This document shows, in pieces, positions 27,209 to 37,800 of a stretch of DNA of 53,092 nucleotides. Each line of letters begins with the position of its first letter. Position 1 is the stretch's first letter. The stretch is from the UHGV virus genome UHGV-0147375; one strand, 5' to 3'. Made by a program: the position numbers and the translations under genes. The stretch comes from a virus. A model generated the notes under the pieces. The model saw only the letters and a list, made by a program, of their open reading frames with translations. It did no database searches and was not told the DNA's origin.

Positions 27209-27841
27209 TTACTTTTTCGTCAGCACCGCAATACTCCCCTTGCTTGTGATGTTGTACCCGATGGCATCCGCAACATCACGAATTTTGATATAGTTTGTCC
27301 CATCCTTCAAAATCCGTTCCGCTATGTGTTCTTTGCCGTCAATAATAACCTTGCACTTCTCTACCACTTCTTCATCCTCCGTTTCGTAGTCGAAAATATC
27401 ATTTACAAGCAACCAATGCGTGAATTTGTTGCACCGCAGAGGGACTTCACGCACACCGTAAGCCGAGCCGTCAGCTGCTATGTAGTAGGGGTATCCGTTC
27501 TTCATACCAGTGTAAACCCCGATATGTCCCTTCATCCATACCAACGCCCCGATGGGTGCTTTTTCGATGGTAGAAATAGGGTTTACGCTTTTTGCCCGTT
27601 CTTTCCATTGGGTACTGCCAAGTTTCACGCCGCACGCCCACGAAATCAGACCAGAGCAGTCTACACAAACCTTGCCGATTTTCTTTCGGTCGCTGTTCCA
27701 TACCATATTGCCATATTTGTTTTTCAGATAGTTGTAGTTGGCTTCTGTCATTACAGAGCCTTTCATGCCGTAAACATACGGTGTGCCGATTTTGGAACGG
27801 CAAAAGGCTACCAATTCTTTTCCTGTCATTTTTTTCGCCAT
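27209..27841 (-). CDS. Endolysin, NlpC/P60-like peptidoglycan hydrolase with C-terminal binding domain
   Basis: GTPYVYG, DCSGL, GHIGVY; last gene of late operon after holins. Confidence 0.85.
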   Translation of the reverse strand: MAKKMTGKELVAFCRSKIGTPYVYGMKGSVMTEANYNYLKNKYGNMVWNSDRKKIGKVCVDCSGLISWACGVKLGSTQWKERAKSVNPISTIEKAPIGALVWMKGHIGVYTGMKNGYPYYIAADGSAYGVREVPLRCNKFTHWLLVNDIFDYETEDEEVVEKCKVIIDGKEHIAERILKDGTNYIKIRDVADAIGYNITSKGSIAVLTKK

Positions 27842-27845
27842 GTAA

Positions 27846-28199
27846 TCATCCCTTTACAATCTCCTTGACCGCCTTGTTTTCTTTCAGCATTTTTCGCATT
27901 TCTTCCAGTGCTTCATCCACCCACAGGGAGAAGGTATCGAAGGATACCGCCATGGCAACCGCAGGGAAACGCTGAACGAATAAATCATAGGTCTGCCGCA
28001 GCTTTAACTTTCCTGTGCCGCTCCCCAATTCCGCTTCTGCCTGCGTGACCGCCCACAACAGCCATTCCTTGACCTTTTCTCTCTGCGCCGCTGTTGGCAT
28101 TTTCAGAAACCGCCCGATGCACACACCGACCATTCCTGTGACTGCCATCAACGCAACCACCAAATACCAGTTTTCCAATAAGAAAGTAACCTTACACAT
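27846..28199 (-). CDS. Holin-like protein
   Basis: N-terminal TM; WLLWAVTQAEAELGSGTGKLKL motif; adjacent to endolysin. Confidence 0.7.
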   Translation of the reverse strand: MCKVTFLLENWYLVVALMAVTGMVGVCIGRFLKMPTAAQREKVKEWLLWAVTQAEAELGSGTGKLKLRQTYDLFVQRFPAVAMAVSFDTFSLWVDEALEEMRKMLKENKAVKEIVKG

Positions 28200-28216
28200 T
28201 GAATATCACTCCTTTT

Positions 28217-28510
28217 TTATTCTTTCAGAACAATATCAGCAATACGGATAACGGCTTCAATTCCGTATTTTTCAGCCCATTCACGAATTAGCTTGATGAC
28301 ATACTTGTACCTGTTTTCGTTTTTAGATTTCCAATAGTAGAAACCATTCGCAACGCCACATTCTGTAATTGACGCAACTGTCACTTGTGCAAGCGGAGAT
28401 ATGTCCTTCTCTGTGACGAAAGTACCATATATAACCGCCGCACTCAGACAGATTGCTACAAAATCAGATATGTAAACAAGTTTCTTGCTCGTTTCCATCT
28501 TCTTAGCCAT
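28217..28510 (-). CDS. Two-TM holin-like protein
   Basis: ETSKKL start, two hydrophobic segments, FYYWKSKNEN. Confidence 0.65.
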   Translation of the reverse strand: MAKKMETSKKLVYISDFVAICLSAAVIYGTFVTEKDISPLAQVTVASITECGVANGFYYWKSKNENRYKYVIKLIREWAEKYGIEAVIRIADIVLKE

Positions 28511-28516
28511 AACACA

Positions 28517-28672
28517 TTACTCGATAGGTTTTCCGTCAGCGTCCAAGCCGATAGCTTCTAAGTCGGCAAGTACCAAATCTCTATAATTTGCTGGCACCTG
28601 TTTTACCTTCTTGTTCTCTTTGTTGCAAGTTCTTCTCCCTGCGATAACCAGTGCTACATACATATCTACCAT
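28517..28672 (-). CDS. CD1375/XkdX-like small protein, copy 1
   Basis: MVDMYVALVIAGRRTC...QVPANYRDLVLADL. Confidence 0.7.
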   Translation of the reverse strand: MVDMYVALVIAGRRTCNKENKKVKQVPANYRDLVLADLEAIGLDADGKPIE

Positions 28673-28718
28673 ATCAATCTCTCCTTTCAAAATTACGCAA
28701 ATAAAAAAGACGAGTGCA

Positions 28719-28874
28719 TCAAGCAATCTTTTTGCCATCTGCATCACGTCCGTCCGAAATCAGCATGGATAATACCTCGTCAATTACTGTTGAGGGTACT
28801 TGTTTCACGGATTTATTATCTGGATTACAAGTTCTTTTTCCCGCCTTGACTAAGTTAAAGTATAATTCCGCCAT
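28719..28874 (-). CDS. CD1375/XkdX-like small protein, copy 2
   Basis: MAELYFNLVKAGKRTC...QVPSTVIDEVLSML; clear paralog of copy 1. Confidence 0.7.
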   Translation of the reverse strand: MAELYFNLVKAGKRTCNPDNKSVKQVPSTVIDEVLSMLISDGRDADGKKIA

Positions 28875-28887
28875 ATTGACAACCTCC

Positions 28888-29142
28888 TTACTCTTTCCCT
28901 TGCATTGACAACAATTCCTCATAAATGGTAGCCTGCACTTCCATTTGTGTTAAGGTTACTTCTTGCCGTTCTTCGTACTGGTCTGCCATAGCCTCCATGA
29001 TTGTCAGCATACTTTCGCTAGACGCGTCAACCTTTTCGGACTGCTCCATCACGGATTCTTTTATTCTTTCCATTTCGATTTCAGCCATTTTGTTTCTGAT
29101 GTACTGCTCATTTTGCATTTTTATCAATTCTTCACTATTCAT
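28888..29142 (-). CDS. Acidic coiled-coil protein (tail-associated position)
   Basis: AAGGAGG RBS inside RT 3' end; MEAMADQYE / ATIYEELL repeats. Confidence 0.65.
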   Translation of the reverse strand: MNSEELIKMQNEQYIRNKMAEIEMERIKESVMEQSEKVDASSESMLTIMEAMADQYEERQEVTLTQMEVQATIYEELLSMQGKE

Positions 29143-30190
29143 AAAGCCAACAACCTCCTTTGATAAAAATACTGTTATAGTAATTATCCATTCTTTCAAG
29201 TGATGTTTTCACATTACAGCAGCTGTACACTTGCCTCATTGCCTTATAATTATTTTCAACCTCTTTATAGGAAAATCTGCCTATATCCAGATTATGTTTG
29301 TATTTTCGTAATTTCTTTTTATTACGAATAACGGTTTGCTTTTTAGGAACGCATAACACATGACCCGTATCAGTTAAACACCACCGATATCCAAGATATG
29401 TAACTTTGTTTTTAATTGGAAAGATATTTGTTTTCTTGGCATTTACATTTAACCCTAATTCAGTGAGATAGTCTTTTACATCTTCCAATATTTGATTTAG
29501 TGAATCTTTATTATCCAAGAATAAATACATATCATCCATATAGCGTCCATATTCTTTGATATGATACCGTTCTTTGACAATATGGTCTAATTCATCTAAA
29601 CAGAGTAGGGCGTAAGTTTGGTTGATTTCACTACCAAGACCTAAACCTCTACCTTCTGGATATGATTTCATAGATTCTAAGCATAATCTCACAATGCGTT
29701 CATCTGTTATCTTTTTCCTGATAAGTTTTTCAATGTACCAGTGGGGGATACTCTCAAAATAACTTTTCATATCAATCTGCAACACATAAAAATCTTTTCC
29801 CCATTTTCTGTAAGCACGATTTAAATGGCATTTAAATACTTTTCGTGCAAGACTTGTGCCTTTGTTATTTTGTGACGCAAAGTTTGCATAAATAAACTGC
29901 CTGTGAAATATAGGTTTTAGGATTTGTTGATTGACAATTTTATGAACAATTCTGTCTCGAATATGCTGAGAATGAATAGTGCGTGTTTTACCACGTTCAT
30001 GTATTTGCGTCACCATATCTGGCTTAGAAGTATAAGTACCCTCTAAGATATCTTGTTCTAATTGATACAATTCGTCTGCGTAATTTTGCGAAAACCATAT
30101 TACGCTATCTTTCCACCTTTGATTTTTCTTACACTCTAAAAAAGAATGGTATAAACTATCATAGCTAAATAATTCTTCAAAACTTTCCAT
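29135..30190 (-). CDS. DGR reverse transcriptase
   Basis: 351 aa; RDRIVH, LQIDMKSYFESIPH, GLGLGSEINQ, YGRYMDD, YLGY motifs; no maturase or endonuclease domain; adjacent TR and avd. Confidence 0.95.
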   Translation of the reverse strand: MESFEELFSYDSLYHSFLECKKNQRWKDSVIWFSQNYADELYQLEQDILEGTYTSKPDMVTQIHERGKTRTIHSQHIRDRIVHKIVNQQILKPIFHRQFIYANFASQNNKGTSLARKVFKCHLNRAYRKWGKDFYVLQIDMKSYFESIPHWYIEKLIRKKITDERIVRLCLESMKSYPEGRGLGLGSEINQTYALLCLDELDHIVKERYHIKEYGRYMDDMYLFLDNKDSLNQILEDVKDYLTELGLNVNAKKTNIFPIKNKVTYLGYRWCLTDTGHVLCVPKKQTVIRNKKKLRKYKHNLDIGRFSYKEVENNYKAMRQVYSCCNVKTSLERMDNYYNSIFIKGGCWLYE

Positions 30191-30350
30191 AATAATATTG
30201 CTATGGCTAATAGCACTACTTTCTTAAAACAAGAAAAGTGCGTCCACAACCAAGTTCGCCTACCTTTTCGGATAAGACAGGTTAATAATTCCTTATAATT
30301 GGTGGGTCTGTGTTCAGCAAAATGCTTACTAGGTCTGCCCGAAAATAACA

Positions 30351-30434
30351 TAATCGCAAACGCCACGCCATTGCTATTCGTCACGCTATTGTTGTTCGCG
30401 CTACCGTTGCTATTGACATTCCACGCACTCGCCG
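30351..30434 (-). repeat. DGR template repeat (TR)
   Basis: Aligns without gaps to 31001-31084; 13 of 14 mismatches are at TR adenines (coding strand); rich in AAC/AAT codons. Confidence 0.95.
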
Positions 30435-30481
30435 GTCCGCAGGTAAAGAGTGTAGCACATCAATTATTAACCTAAAAACGT

Positions 30482-30904
30482 CTATTTTATTTTCAATTTC
30501 TTTTTGCCAATTTCGTAATCGCTTTTTGCCCTCGCCCTGATTGCTCTTTTTGTTGCCACACATACCTTCTCCCATTGTTCAAACAATCCAGAAGGTATTG
30601 AAAATCGTTTTCTTGCAAACGCAATTTGTGTAAGCAGGGCTTCTGCATCTGATTCCGCTAATTGCAAATATTTCATACGCGCCTTAAATATTTCTACCGT
30701 ACTTGGATACAAAATATTTGCTCTGCGCACATTCTCAAAAATACGCATAGATAATTGGAATACATTTTGTGACCAAACATATCTGTACTTTTTAGGCACA
30801 TATTTATCGTTCATTATGATATCTGCTGTTAGATTTTCTAGCAATTCAGCATTATCCAGAAATGATAACTTAGCTTCGCCCCTCTCATGCACTGGTACTG
30901 CCAT
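30482..30904 (-). CDS. avd: DGR accessory variability determinant (Avd-like four-helix bundle)
   Basis: 140 aa basic helical protein, PKKYRY...IFENVRRAN...R..YLQLA pattern; between target and TR. Confidence 0.85.
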   Translation of the reverse strand: MAVPVHERGEAKLSFLDNAELLENLTADIIMNDKYVPKKYRYVWSQNVFQLSMRIFENVRRANILYPSTVEIFKARMKYLQLAESDAEALLTQIAFARKRFSIPSGLFEQWEKVCVATKRAIRARAKSDYEIGKKKLKIK

Positions 30905-30973
30905 CGTATCATCCTTTCATATATTTTTCTTTTGTTTGTATAGATATAGGCTGGTACAAGCCCATCCTATTAG

Positions 30974-30990
30974 AGACTGCTTCGCAGTCT
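30974..30990 (-). promoter_or_regulatory. DGR homing hairpin/cruciform downstream of VR
   Basis: AGACTGC-GAA-GCAGTCT perfect 7-bp stem 2 nt after target stop; absent after TR. Confidence 0.8.
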
Positions 30991-30992
30991 TA

Positions 30993-31883
30993 TTAGATTT
31001 CAAGCGCAAACGCCACGCCACCGCTACTCGTCACGCTACCGTTGCCCACGCTACCGCTGCTAAAGACATACCACGCACTCGCCGCATTGATATAGGGCGT
31101 TCTCAGCCACCAATAAACAGCGTTGTTATTAAACTTTTTAATCCTTTTGCTATCGAAAGCACCGTTATAGTAATCGAAAACAGAACCTTCGACCGGTGCG
31201 TATTGACTCCCATTGTATCCAACTTCTGTATAGGACGGCAACCAAATTTTGTCGTTTAGTATTTTTGCAGTTGTATTATCATGGCAAGGTAAGTCTGGCA
31301 TTGTGATTGCGTTTTGAATTTTCTGAGAAAATCCCTTTAATACGGTGCTGTTTAGATAGGTGCGGATTGTACTGGGAGAATAGTTGTTAGTGTCATTTGC
31401 GTTCCATTTTTCTTGAGAAACGCAATCCTCAGATAGCAAAACAATCTTTCCTTTTGTCAAATAGTCCCTATGCACCACTCTGAATTTTGTAGCGTTGCCG
31501 TTGTAATTCAGCGTCACCAAGTCTGCGACTTCAAAAACCGTACTCCCGATTCCTGCTGCAATAATGTCCTCGTCAGAAAATTTCTGAACTATGGTTTCGT
31601 TTTTACAGCAAATTTCAAACGCCAGTTTATTCGCCTTTATCGCATCTAACGCCGCCGTGCTTGCCGCAATTTCGTTTACTGTATCGCACGCCGCCAACGC
31701 AGCAGAATTTACGTTGCACGCCATATCTAATGCGCTGCCGATGCCGTTCTGTCGAAACGCCCAATCAATCTGCGTGTCATTGTTCGACAGTAGGGAGTTA
31801 ATGATAATCATTTTGTCCAAGGATGTGAAACTGTCAGTGCCAAGAGAGCTGTTCAATGCGTATTTCACTTCTGCCCAACTCAT
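30993..31883 (-). CDS. DGR target: putative receptor-binding tail protein with C-terminal C-type-lectin-fold (DUF6273-like) domain
   Basis: STIRTYLN, DKIWLPSYTE, YWWLRTP motifs; VR at C-terminus; last gene of tail module. Confidence 0.85.
   Translation of the reverse strand: MSWAEVKYALNSSLGTDSFTSLDKMIIINSLLSNNDTQIDWAFRQNGIGSALDMACNVNSAALAACDTVNEIAASTAALDAIKANKLAFEICCKNETIVQKFSDEDIIAAGIGSTVFEVADLVTLNYNGNATKFRVVHRDYLTKGKIVLLSEDCVSQEKWNANDTNNYSPSTIRTYLNSTVLKGFSQKIQNAITMPDLPCHDNTTAKILNDKIWLPSYTEVGYNGSQYAPVEGSVFDYYNGAFDSKRIKKFNNNAVYWWLRTPYINAASAWYVFSSGSVGNGSVTSSGGVAFALEI
31001..31084 (-). repeat. DGR variable repeat (VR)
   Basis: Encodes ASAWYVFSSGSVGNGSVTSSGGVAFAL versus TR ASAWNVNSNGSANNNSVTNSNGVAFAI. 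Confidence 0.95.
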
Positions 31884-32227
31884 AAAACCACCTCCGAAAT
31901 TGAACCGTCACTATTCGCAACCGTTCTTTTTGATATTGTCTGTCCGTCTTTTCCTTTGAATGTTTCAAGACTTATCGCATCGGTAGGAAATGTAGTTGTA
32001 AGAATGTCTCCGTTTGCGTTTGTCTCTGTAACACTTTTGTCCTCATTAAACTTTGTGTTTTTCGTTTCAAATCCCTGCAACGCCATAAACGCCTCACGAT
32101 TCAGCGGTGTGCCGATAACAGTTGGGTTGTCAGCCATTTCGACCGTTACATATTCACTTGTACCGTCTGCATGAGTGATTTTTCTCCTGCCAACCTCTGT
32201 CGGTAATCTGTCAACAAAATCTTTCAT
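31880..32227 (-). CDS. Tail-associated protein
   Basis: MKDFVDR...GTPLNR motif; tail module, ATGA coupling. Confidence 0.65.
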   Translation of the reverse strand: MKDFVDRLPTEVGRRKITHADGTSEYVTVEMADNPTVIGTPLNREAFMALQGFETKNTKFNEDKSVTETNANGDILTTTFPTDAISLETFKGKDGQTISKRTVANSDGSISEVVL

Positions 32228-32694
32228 AATAGCCTTGCACCTCCGCTATCCGTTGTGCCGCAGAAAATGTATTCAGCCTTCATTTTTTCATACATTTTCT
32301 TGCTCATATCTGCAACACGTTCCCAATCATTTACTTCCTGCCAGTCAAGATAATCACTTTCCGCAAATACAGGTAAATCCAAGCCAACCAAAAACAACCG
32401 CACCAATGCGGTATAATTCGCTCGGATACGGTTGATTTCGGACAGCCAAGGTATGTTTTCTTCCTGCCAATCTGTGTATGTTTTGCCGTTAAATTCTTTG
32501 TAGTCCCTGTATGAACGGGGAAGATAATAGCCGCTACTTGCAAGCCATTTCATCAATTCCTTATGGTTTCCTTCAATGCGGTTCAAGTCTTGGTAGTTTA
32601 ACGCACCTTTGTTGTTTTCGGAATTTCCTTGATTTATTCTTGCACTTTCGGTATCCTCAACGATTCTGTCAAAGATAGGTGTTGTCCAAGCCAT
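32224..32694 (-). CDS. Tail-associated protein
   Basis: MAWTTPIFDR...KGALNYQDLNRIE motif. Confidence 0.7.
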   Translation of the reverse strand: MAWTTPIFDRIVEDTESARINQGNSENNKGALNYQDLNRIEGNHKELMKWLASSGYYLPRSYRDYKEFNGKTYTDWQEENIPWLSEINRIRANYTALVRLFLVGLDLPVFAESDYLDWQEVNDWERVADMSKKMYEKMKAEYIFCGTTDSGGARLL

Positions 32695-34472
32695 TATCCA
32701 CCACCCCCAATAATATATTGGCACTCGCCCTTAATTGAGCCATTATAGGACAATTTCTGCTGAACCATAGTGACAGGCGTTTGATTCGCAAAGTTGCTTG
32801 TAAGGCTTACGGTGTCCCCAACATCCAACTCTGGATAGCCCCTGTCCTGTGCGGTGTAAGTGTTCCTGCGTAGCGTTACCGCCGCCACCCAATTTGCGTA
32901 TGCAACAGCATCCTCCCTATTATCAATCAGAGAGTTGCTCACTCCGCTTAAATCCTCGCCCACATCACTGTATTTCGCCTTGTATTCGATTTTGTTTTCG
33001 GTTAGGCTATTTCCATTGACCGTTACCGTACCGTTCCCCTTAAGCGTTACTACGGTTTTGTAGGCATAGTATTTTGGCGTGCCGACAATAGACAAGCCGC
33101 TGCTTACCTCTACCTTCTGATTTGTAAAGGCTTGGTGGGTAAAGGTATACTCATGTGCGGTAGGGGCTGAAATTTCAACAGCATTGACCGCCGCCGTCAA
33201 TTCGGAATTTACCTTGATGGAGTTATACTCGACTGATAGGTTGCGAAGGGGCGGTATCTTTGTTGTTGTTGGCGTATCCGTCATTTTGTCAAAATTCATG
33301 TCAAACCCAGTTGTTTCTGCGTTTTCTCTAAGGATTTGAATATAGCCACCTCTACTGTGGCTCATAACGCAACGCCCTGCATTTGCTATCAGCTGCAAGC
33401 ACTCATTCACTTTGGAGGAGGGCAGGGGATTGTGCGTATAAATATTCTTCAATGCGTTATCAAGCTGAATTGTATTTTCAAATCCAGCAAACCTCATAAC
33501 ATCGTTCGCAAGGTCAAACAAACTGCGACCAGAAGGGGAATAAACGCCCTCATCATAGGTCATTGTCAAATGGTCTGCCAACCCGACACACTTTATGCTG
33601 ACCTCTGCAACAATACCTTGCTTGGATACTTCAAAGTCCCCAGAGGAATAGGACAGTCCCCAAGGTATCCACTCAACAGAGCCGTCCGACAATTCATAGC
33701 CGTACTGGTAATTGACAGGTTGTCTGCTTTCCAAATACTCCCATACGCCCTGCGGATTCTCTGGGTCATATCTTCTTTGCATATCAATCAACGTAAACTC
33801 AAATTCCTGCTTTGGAATTTTAGAGGTCAAGAGGTCAATCTCTTTTGTAGAGGAGCAGCTTGTAATATCATCGGTAGTCAATCTACTTACCAGACCATAA
33901 ATCAAAGAAAGCAACCTTGCCCTGCGGTGCGGTATGCTTGATTTTGCCCAAAAGAACTGCACTTCGTTGCAAATTGGAATATGCTCGGACATTTCCCAAT
34001 ATGGCGTATCCGGAGAAAATGTTTTGTCAAAAACGGAAACGCCATCCTTTTTCGCCAAGATGCGAAAACTACTCGGATAGTCCCCCATACTTTCGTCAAA
34101 CTGAAAGGTTAGCCCTGCAAACTGCACATAGTCATCAAACATAACCTTCACGCATGGTTGTATAGCGTAAACGCCTGTATCGTCACTGATTTCCGTACCG
34201 ACATACCCTTGATAAATCGGGTTTACTTCTCTCGACAACGGGTTCTTGCCATCCAACACAAAGCGGTTACGTTCCATGGTTTGATATGTGGATGGGGCAG
34301 TTGTCCCAACATCCACGCTATCAATATCACTGTAAGGCAAATGTCCGTTATCTGTTGGTCTGCTTAACCTTGGCGCGTCTGGGTCTGTCACGCCAAATAC
34401 AATTCTCACATAGGAAGGATTGCGGAGCGTTTGCTCTGTTTCCTCTTTCCATTTTGCTGTTACTGGATACAT
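32694..34472 (-). CDS. Tail hub/baseplate (Tal-like) protein
   Basis: 592 aa, second gene after tape measure; RGYPELDVGD motif. Confidence 0.7.
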   Translation of the reverse strand: MYPVTAKWKEETEQTLRNPSYVRIVFGVTDPDAPRLSRPTDNGHLPYSDIDSVDVGTTAPSTYQTMERNRFVLDGKNPLSREVNPIYQGYVGTEISDDTGVYAIQPCVKVMFDDYVQFAGLTFQFDESMGDYPSSFRILAKKDGVSVFDKTFSPDTPYWEMSEHIPICNEVQFFWAKSSIPHRRARLLSLIYGLVSRLTTDDITSCSSTKEIDLLTSKIPKQEFEFTLIDMQRRYDPENPQGVWEYLESRQPVNYQYGYELSDGSVEWIPWGLSYSSGDFEVSKQGIVAEVSIKCVGLADHLTMTYDEGVYSPSGRSLFDLANDVMRFAGFENTIQLDNALKNIYTHNPLPSSKVNECLQLIANAGRCVMSHSRGGYIQILRENAETTGFDMNFDKMTDTPTTTKIPPLRNLSVEYNSIKVNSELTAAVNAVEISAPTAHEYTFTHQAFTNQKVEVSSGLSIVGTPKYYAYKTVVTLKGNGTVTVNGNSLTENKIEYKAKYSDVGEDLSGVSNSLIDNREDAVAYANWVAAVTLRRNTYTAQDRGYPELDVGDTVSLTSNFANQTPVTMVQQKLSYNGSIKGECQYIIGGGG

Positions 34473-34487
34473 AAAACCACCGCCCCG

Positions 34488-34862
34488 CTATTTCCCTGTG
34501 TCGATAAGAGAAGCCTTTAATCCTGTAAACATTTTCGGCGTGCCGTTCTCGGACACCCAATATGTAGAAACGGAATAATCTCCCCAATACATTTCCCTTG
34601 TGATGAATTTACCTTCCTTTGGGTCATAATAGGTTACTTTACCTATGAAGGTTTCAATCAACTCCAAAATCTTCTGTAATTCCTTTGGATAAATAACCTT
34701 CCACTCCAAACTCAGTTTCACTTGTCGGCGGTTTATCTTTTGAGCCACCACAACGCCGTTTGCATTTCTGCCGCTGTCAACTAACTGCTGACCTTCGTAG
34801 TCTTGCACAGAAGGGCAGGTGATTTCTATGCCGTTATATTTGATTACTGCCACAAAAACCAC
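34488..34862 (-). CDS. Distal tail (Dit-like) protein
   Basis: Directly after tape measure; DSGRNANG motif. Confidence 0.65.
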   Translation of the reverse strand: MVFVAVIKYNGIEITCPSVQDYEGQQLVDSGRNANGVVVAQKINRRQVKLSLEWKVIYPKELQKILELIETFIGKVTYYDPKEGKFITREMYWGDYSVSTYWVSENGTPKMFTGLKASLIDTGK

Positions 34863-37800
34863 CTACCTTTGAAATGCGCCAAGACCGAAGTTTATCCCTC
34901 GTCTTGCGGATACTCTCTGCTGATTGTTATAAATAACGTCTCCATCCAGTTCAATCTTCTGGTTCAGTTCGATTGGCTGACTGCTGCCGTTTGCCATTGC
35001 CTGTGACATAGCTGTTAAAACGGCATTAAAAATGGCACGTTCTATCTGGTCATTGTTGGCAACGGCTGTTTTGCTGCCAATACTGCCGACCATTTCTGCC
35101 CCTGCCTCTCTTGCAACAAACAGTTCGCCAGACCGAGGGAAACCACCATTCGCAAACATTTCTATGTTGAACCGCTGCGCCTGTTGCATGGTGTAGCCGC
35201 CGACATGACTGTATTTTTTACCAGTCAATCCTGCCAGTGAGTTTGCGTCCGAAACCATCTGGTTCAGCATCCTTGTAACTTCATCCGAAACTTGCTGCAA
35301 GGTCTGTCTGATAGCATCAAACGTGTTGTAAATGTTATCGTAAACTTTCAGCAGATACGCCGTTATCTGTGCCTTGGAAACCGTACCGAAATTCGTTGTC
35401 ATATCACTTATGGTTGAATAGAATGTATTCATACTTGAAATGATATCTGCCTTTAGCACAGCAAAGTTTTCTCTCAATGTAGCCCATGTTGCATCCCATT
35501 GTGAAATATCTGGTGCTTCAACCGATACAACAGGTGCAAGGCTGCCACCGCCAGATACTTTGTCTACGATTTCATCAATAACACTGCCTGCGCCCTTGAC
35601 AGATTCTTCCATACCTTCAACGATACCTGCGCCCAGATAAGCACCGACCTCTCGTTTAAACAGTTTGGAAGGGGAGTGGATTTCTGCCGCGCTCTTTGTG
35701 CCACTAAGTATTCCACTTACAACTTCCTTCACGCCAGAAGGGACCAAAGAAAGCAAGCCTTTTTTAATACCTTTCCACATCCACTTGCCGATTTCTTCAA
35801 TCTTCCGCCCCATTGCTGTTACGGCGTTATAAATTCCCTGTGGTAAACCTTTGAACAAATCGATAATCATTTTTATTTTTTCTGGTATTGAAGCCGTAAT
35901 CCATGTTGAAATACTATTTCCCCACGTTGGCAAGATAGATGATATTAAAATCGAGATTTTCTCTCCGATTTGTCCCGGCAATCCAGAGAACCATTTGACA
36001 ATATCACTTACAATCTGCGGTATTGTTTCTGTGAAGAAATTCTTAATTGCAGTCCATTTTTCAGAAATGGTTGTTTTGACGGCTTCCCACAATTCAGAGG
36101 TTGCCGTCTTTAATTCATTCCATTTTTCTGGATAGTAACTTACAATTTCATCCCATGTTGTTTTAAAGAAATTTTTAATAGAGTCCCATACTTCGACTAC
36201 TGTTTTCTTAATACCATCCCACAACTTTGCAAGAAACTCTTTTATCTCATCCCAATGCTTTATAGTCATAAAAACGGCTAATATAGCCGCCCCTATAGCA
36301 AGTCCCCAAGGACTTAATATAAATCCTGCAATCTTCGGTCCAAGACCAGCAATAGCAGTTCCTATACCAGTAACAATCTCCGAGCCTGCTATCTGTGCTG
36401 CGATTGCTTTGGCTATTGAAGCACCAAGACCTGTAAATTTCAATAATGCAACAGCGGCTATGATAGTTGATTCTATCGGCGCAACATCAACAAAGCCATT
36501 CCACGCTTTAAGAGCCGCCGATATTGCTTCAAATATCAGCGTTCCGATATTGGACAGAATATCGATAAAGTCAATCTCTTTTATAAATTCCCCTATCTTT
36601 TCTCCTATCATCGTCCAATCTGTACCCTGTACGGCTTTTATCAATGTGGTTAGTATTCCGTTTATCCATTTATTAGCCGTATCTGCGGCAAGCTCAAATT
36701 TAAATGTGGAGAAAAATGTGTTGATTCCATCCGCTATGGATAACCCGAAATTATCCCATTTAAAGTTATCTCCAAAATTATTAAGGACGTACAACGCAGT
36801 GTTTAATGCACTCGCTATCGTAAATCCTAAAACGGAAAATGTTTCTGGAGTTATTAGACCATTTAAGAATGTTGCCAAGCCAGTTCCGAAATTACTTGCT
36901 TTTTCATATATTGCATCCCAGTCGATACTGCCGAGCGCATCTTGTAATTTTTTGCCTAAATCAGCACCAAGGCTATAGAAATCTCCTGTTTTAAACGCTT
37001 CTTTTATTCTGTCAGCAAGACCTTTTATCTTGGAATCAATCTCAACCGTTTCAAACATATCGGTAGGCCCCAAACCCACATCTTTGGTTGAAGAAGGCTT
37101 TGTAGGTGTCCCTTTATCATCGTCAATAATATGCAATTCATCAAATCCAAGAGAATACATATTTTTTATTGCTTGAGCCGCTTCGTTTGCTCCGTCTTTA
37201 ATGCCACCAAAACCAGAGGCATAGTCCATCTGCACTTTTTTAGCCTGCACCGCATAGCCTTTTCCTGTCAGTGCCGCAAAGAATTGTCCCAACATATTGA
37301 TTGCCCTTGCAAGCCAACTAATGAATGTAGCAAGATAAGGCGCAACAACCGATAGGATAGGCTCAAACGCCGCCGCAAATGCGTTTCTCAACTGCATTAA
37401 AGCGGACATCATAGAGGAAATGTTGGCATTTACTGATTGACTGTACTGTGCTAAACTCTGCATACCCTCTGTAAATGCAGATTGTATGGTAGAAATCAGC
37501 TGAAATACAGTGGAGTACAGTACAGACATGCCAACCATTTTAGGCAAAGAAAAACTATTGCGACCGCCAGAGCGACCAAAAAGACCACCAGATGAACGCC
37601 CACGAGATTTATTTGAGCGTTTCCTCTGGCTTACTTGTTGCGTTTTTTTGCTCTGTTTTTCCTGCAATCCATCTTGAATACTTGGTATTTTGGAACGCGC
37701 AAGCGCAATAGTATCTTTTAGATTAAGATTTGCTATTTTTGATTTTTGGCTTATTCTCTCCAACTGCTTTTCAAGCGGCTTTAACTGTTTGGCATTTCCA

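Noticed and set aside
29135..30190. RT as group II intron, retron or Abi RT
   Set aside because: Short RT without maturase/endonuclease, and adjacent avd plus adenine-specific TR/VR pair define a DGR
30136..30575. ORFs 30136-30384 and 30381-30575 as genes
   Set aside because: They are reading frames across the TR and spacer; the first simply mirrors the VR peptide
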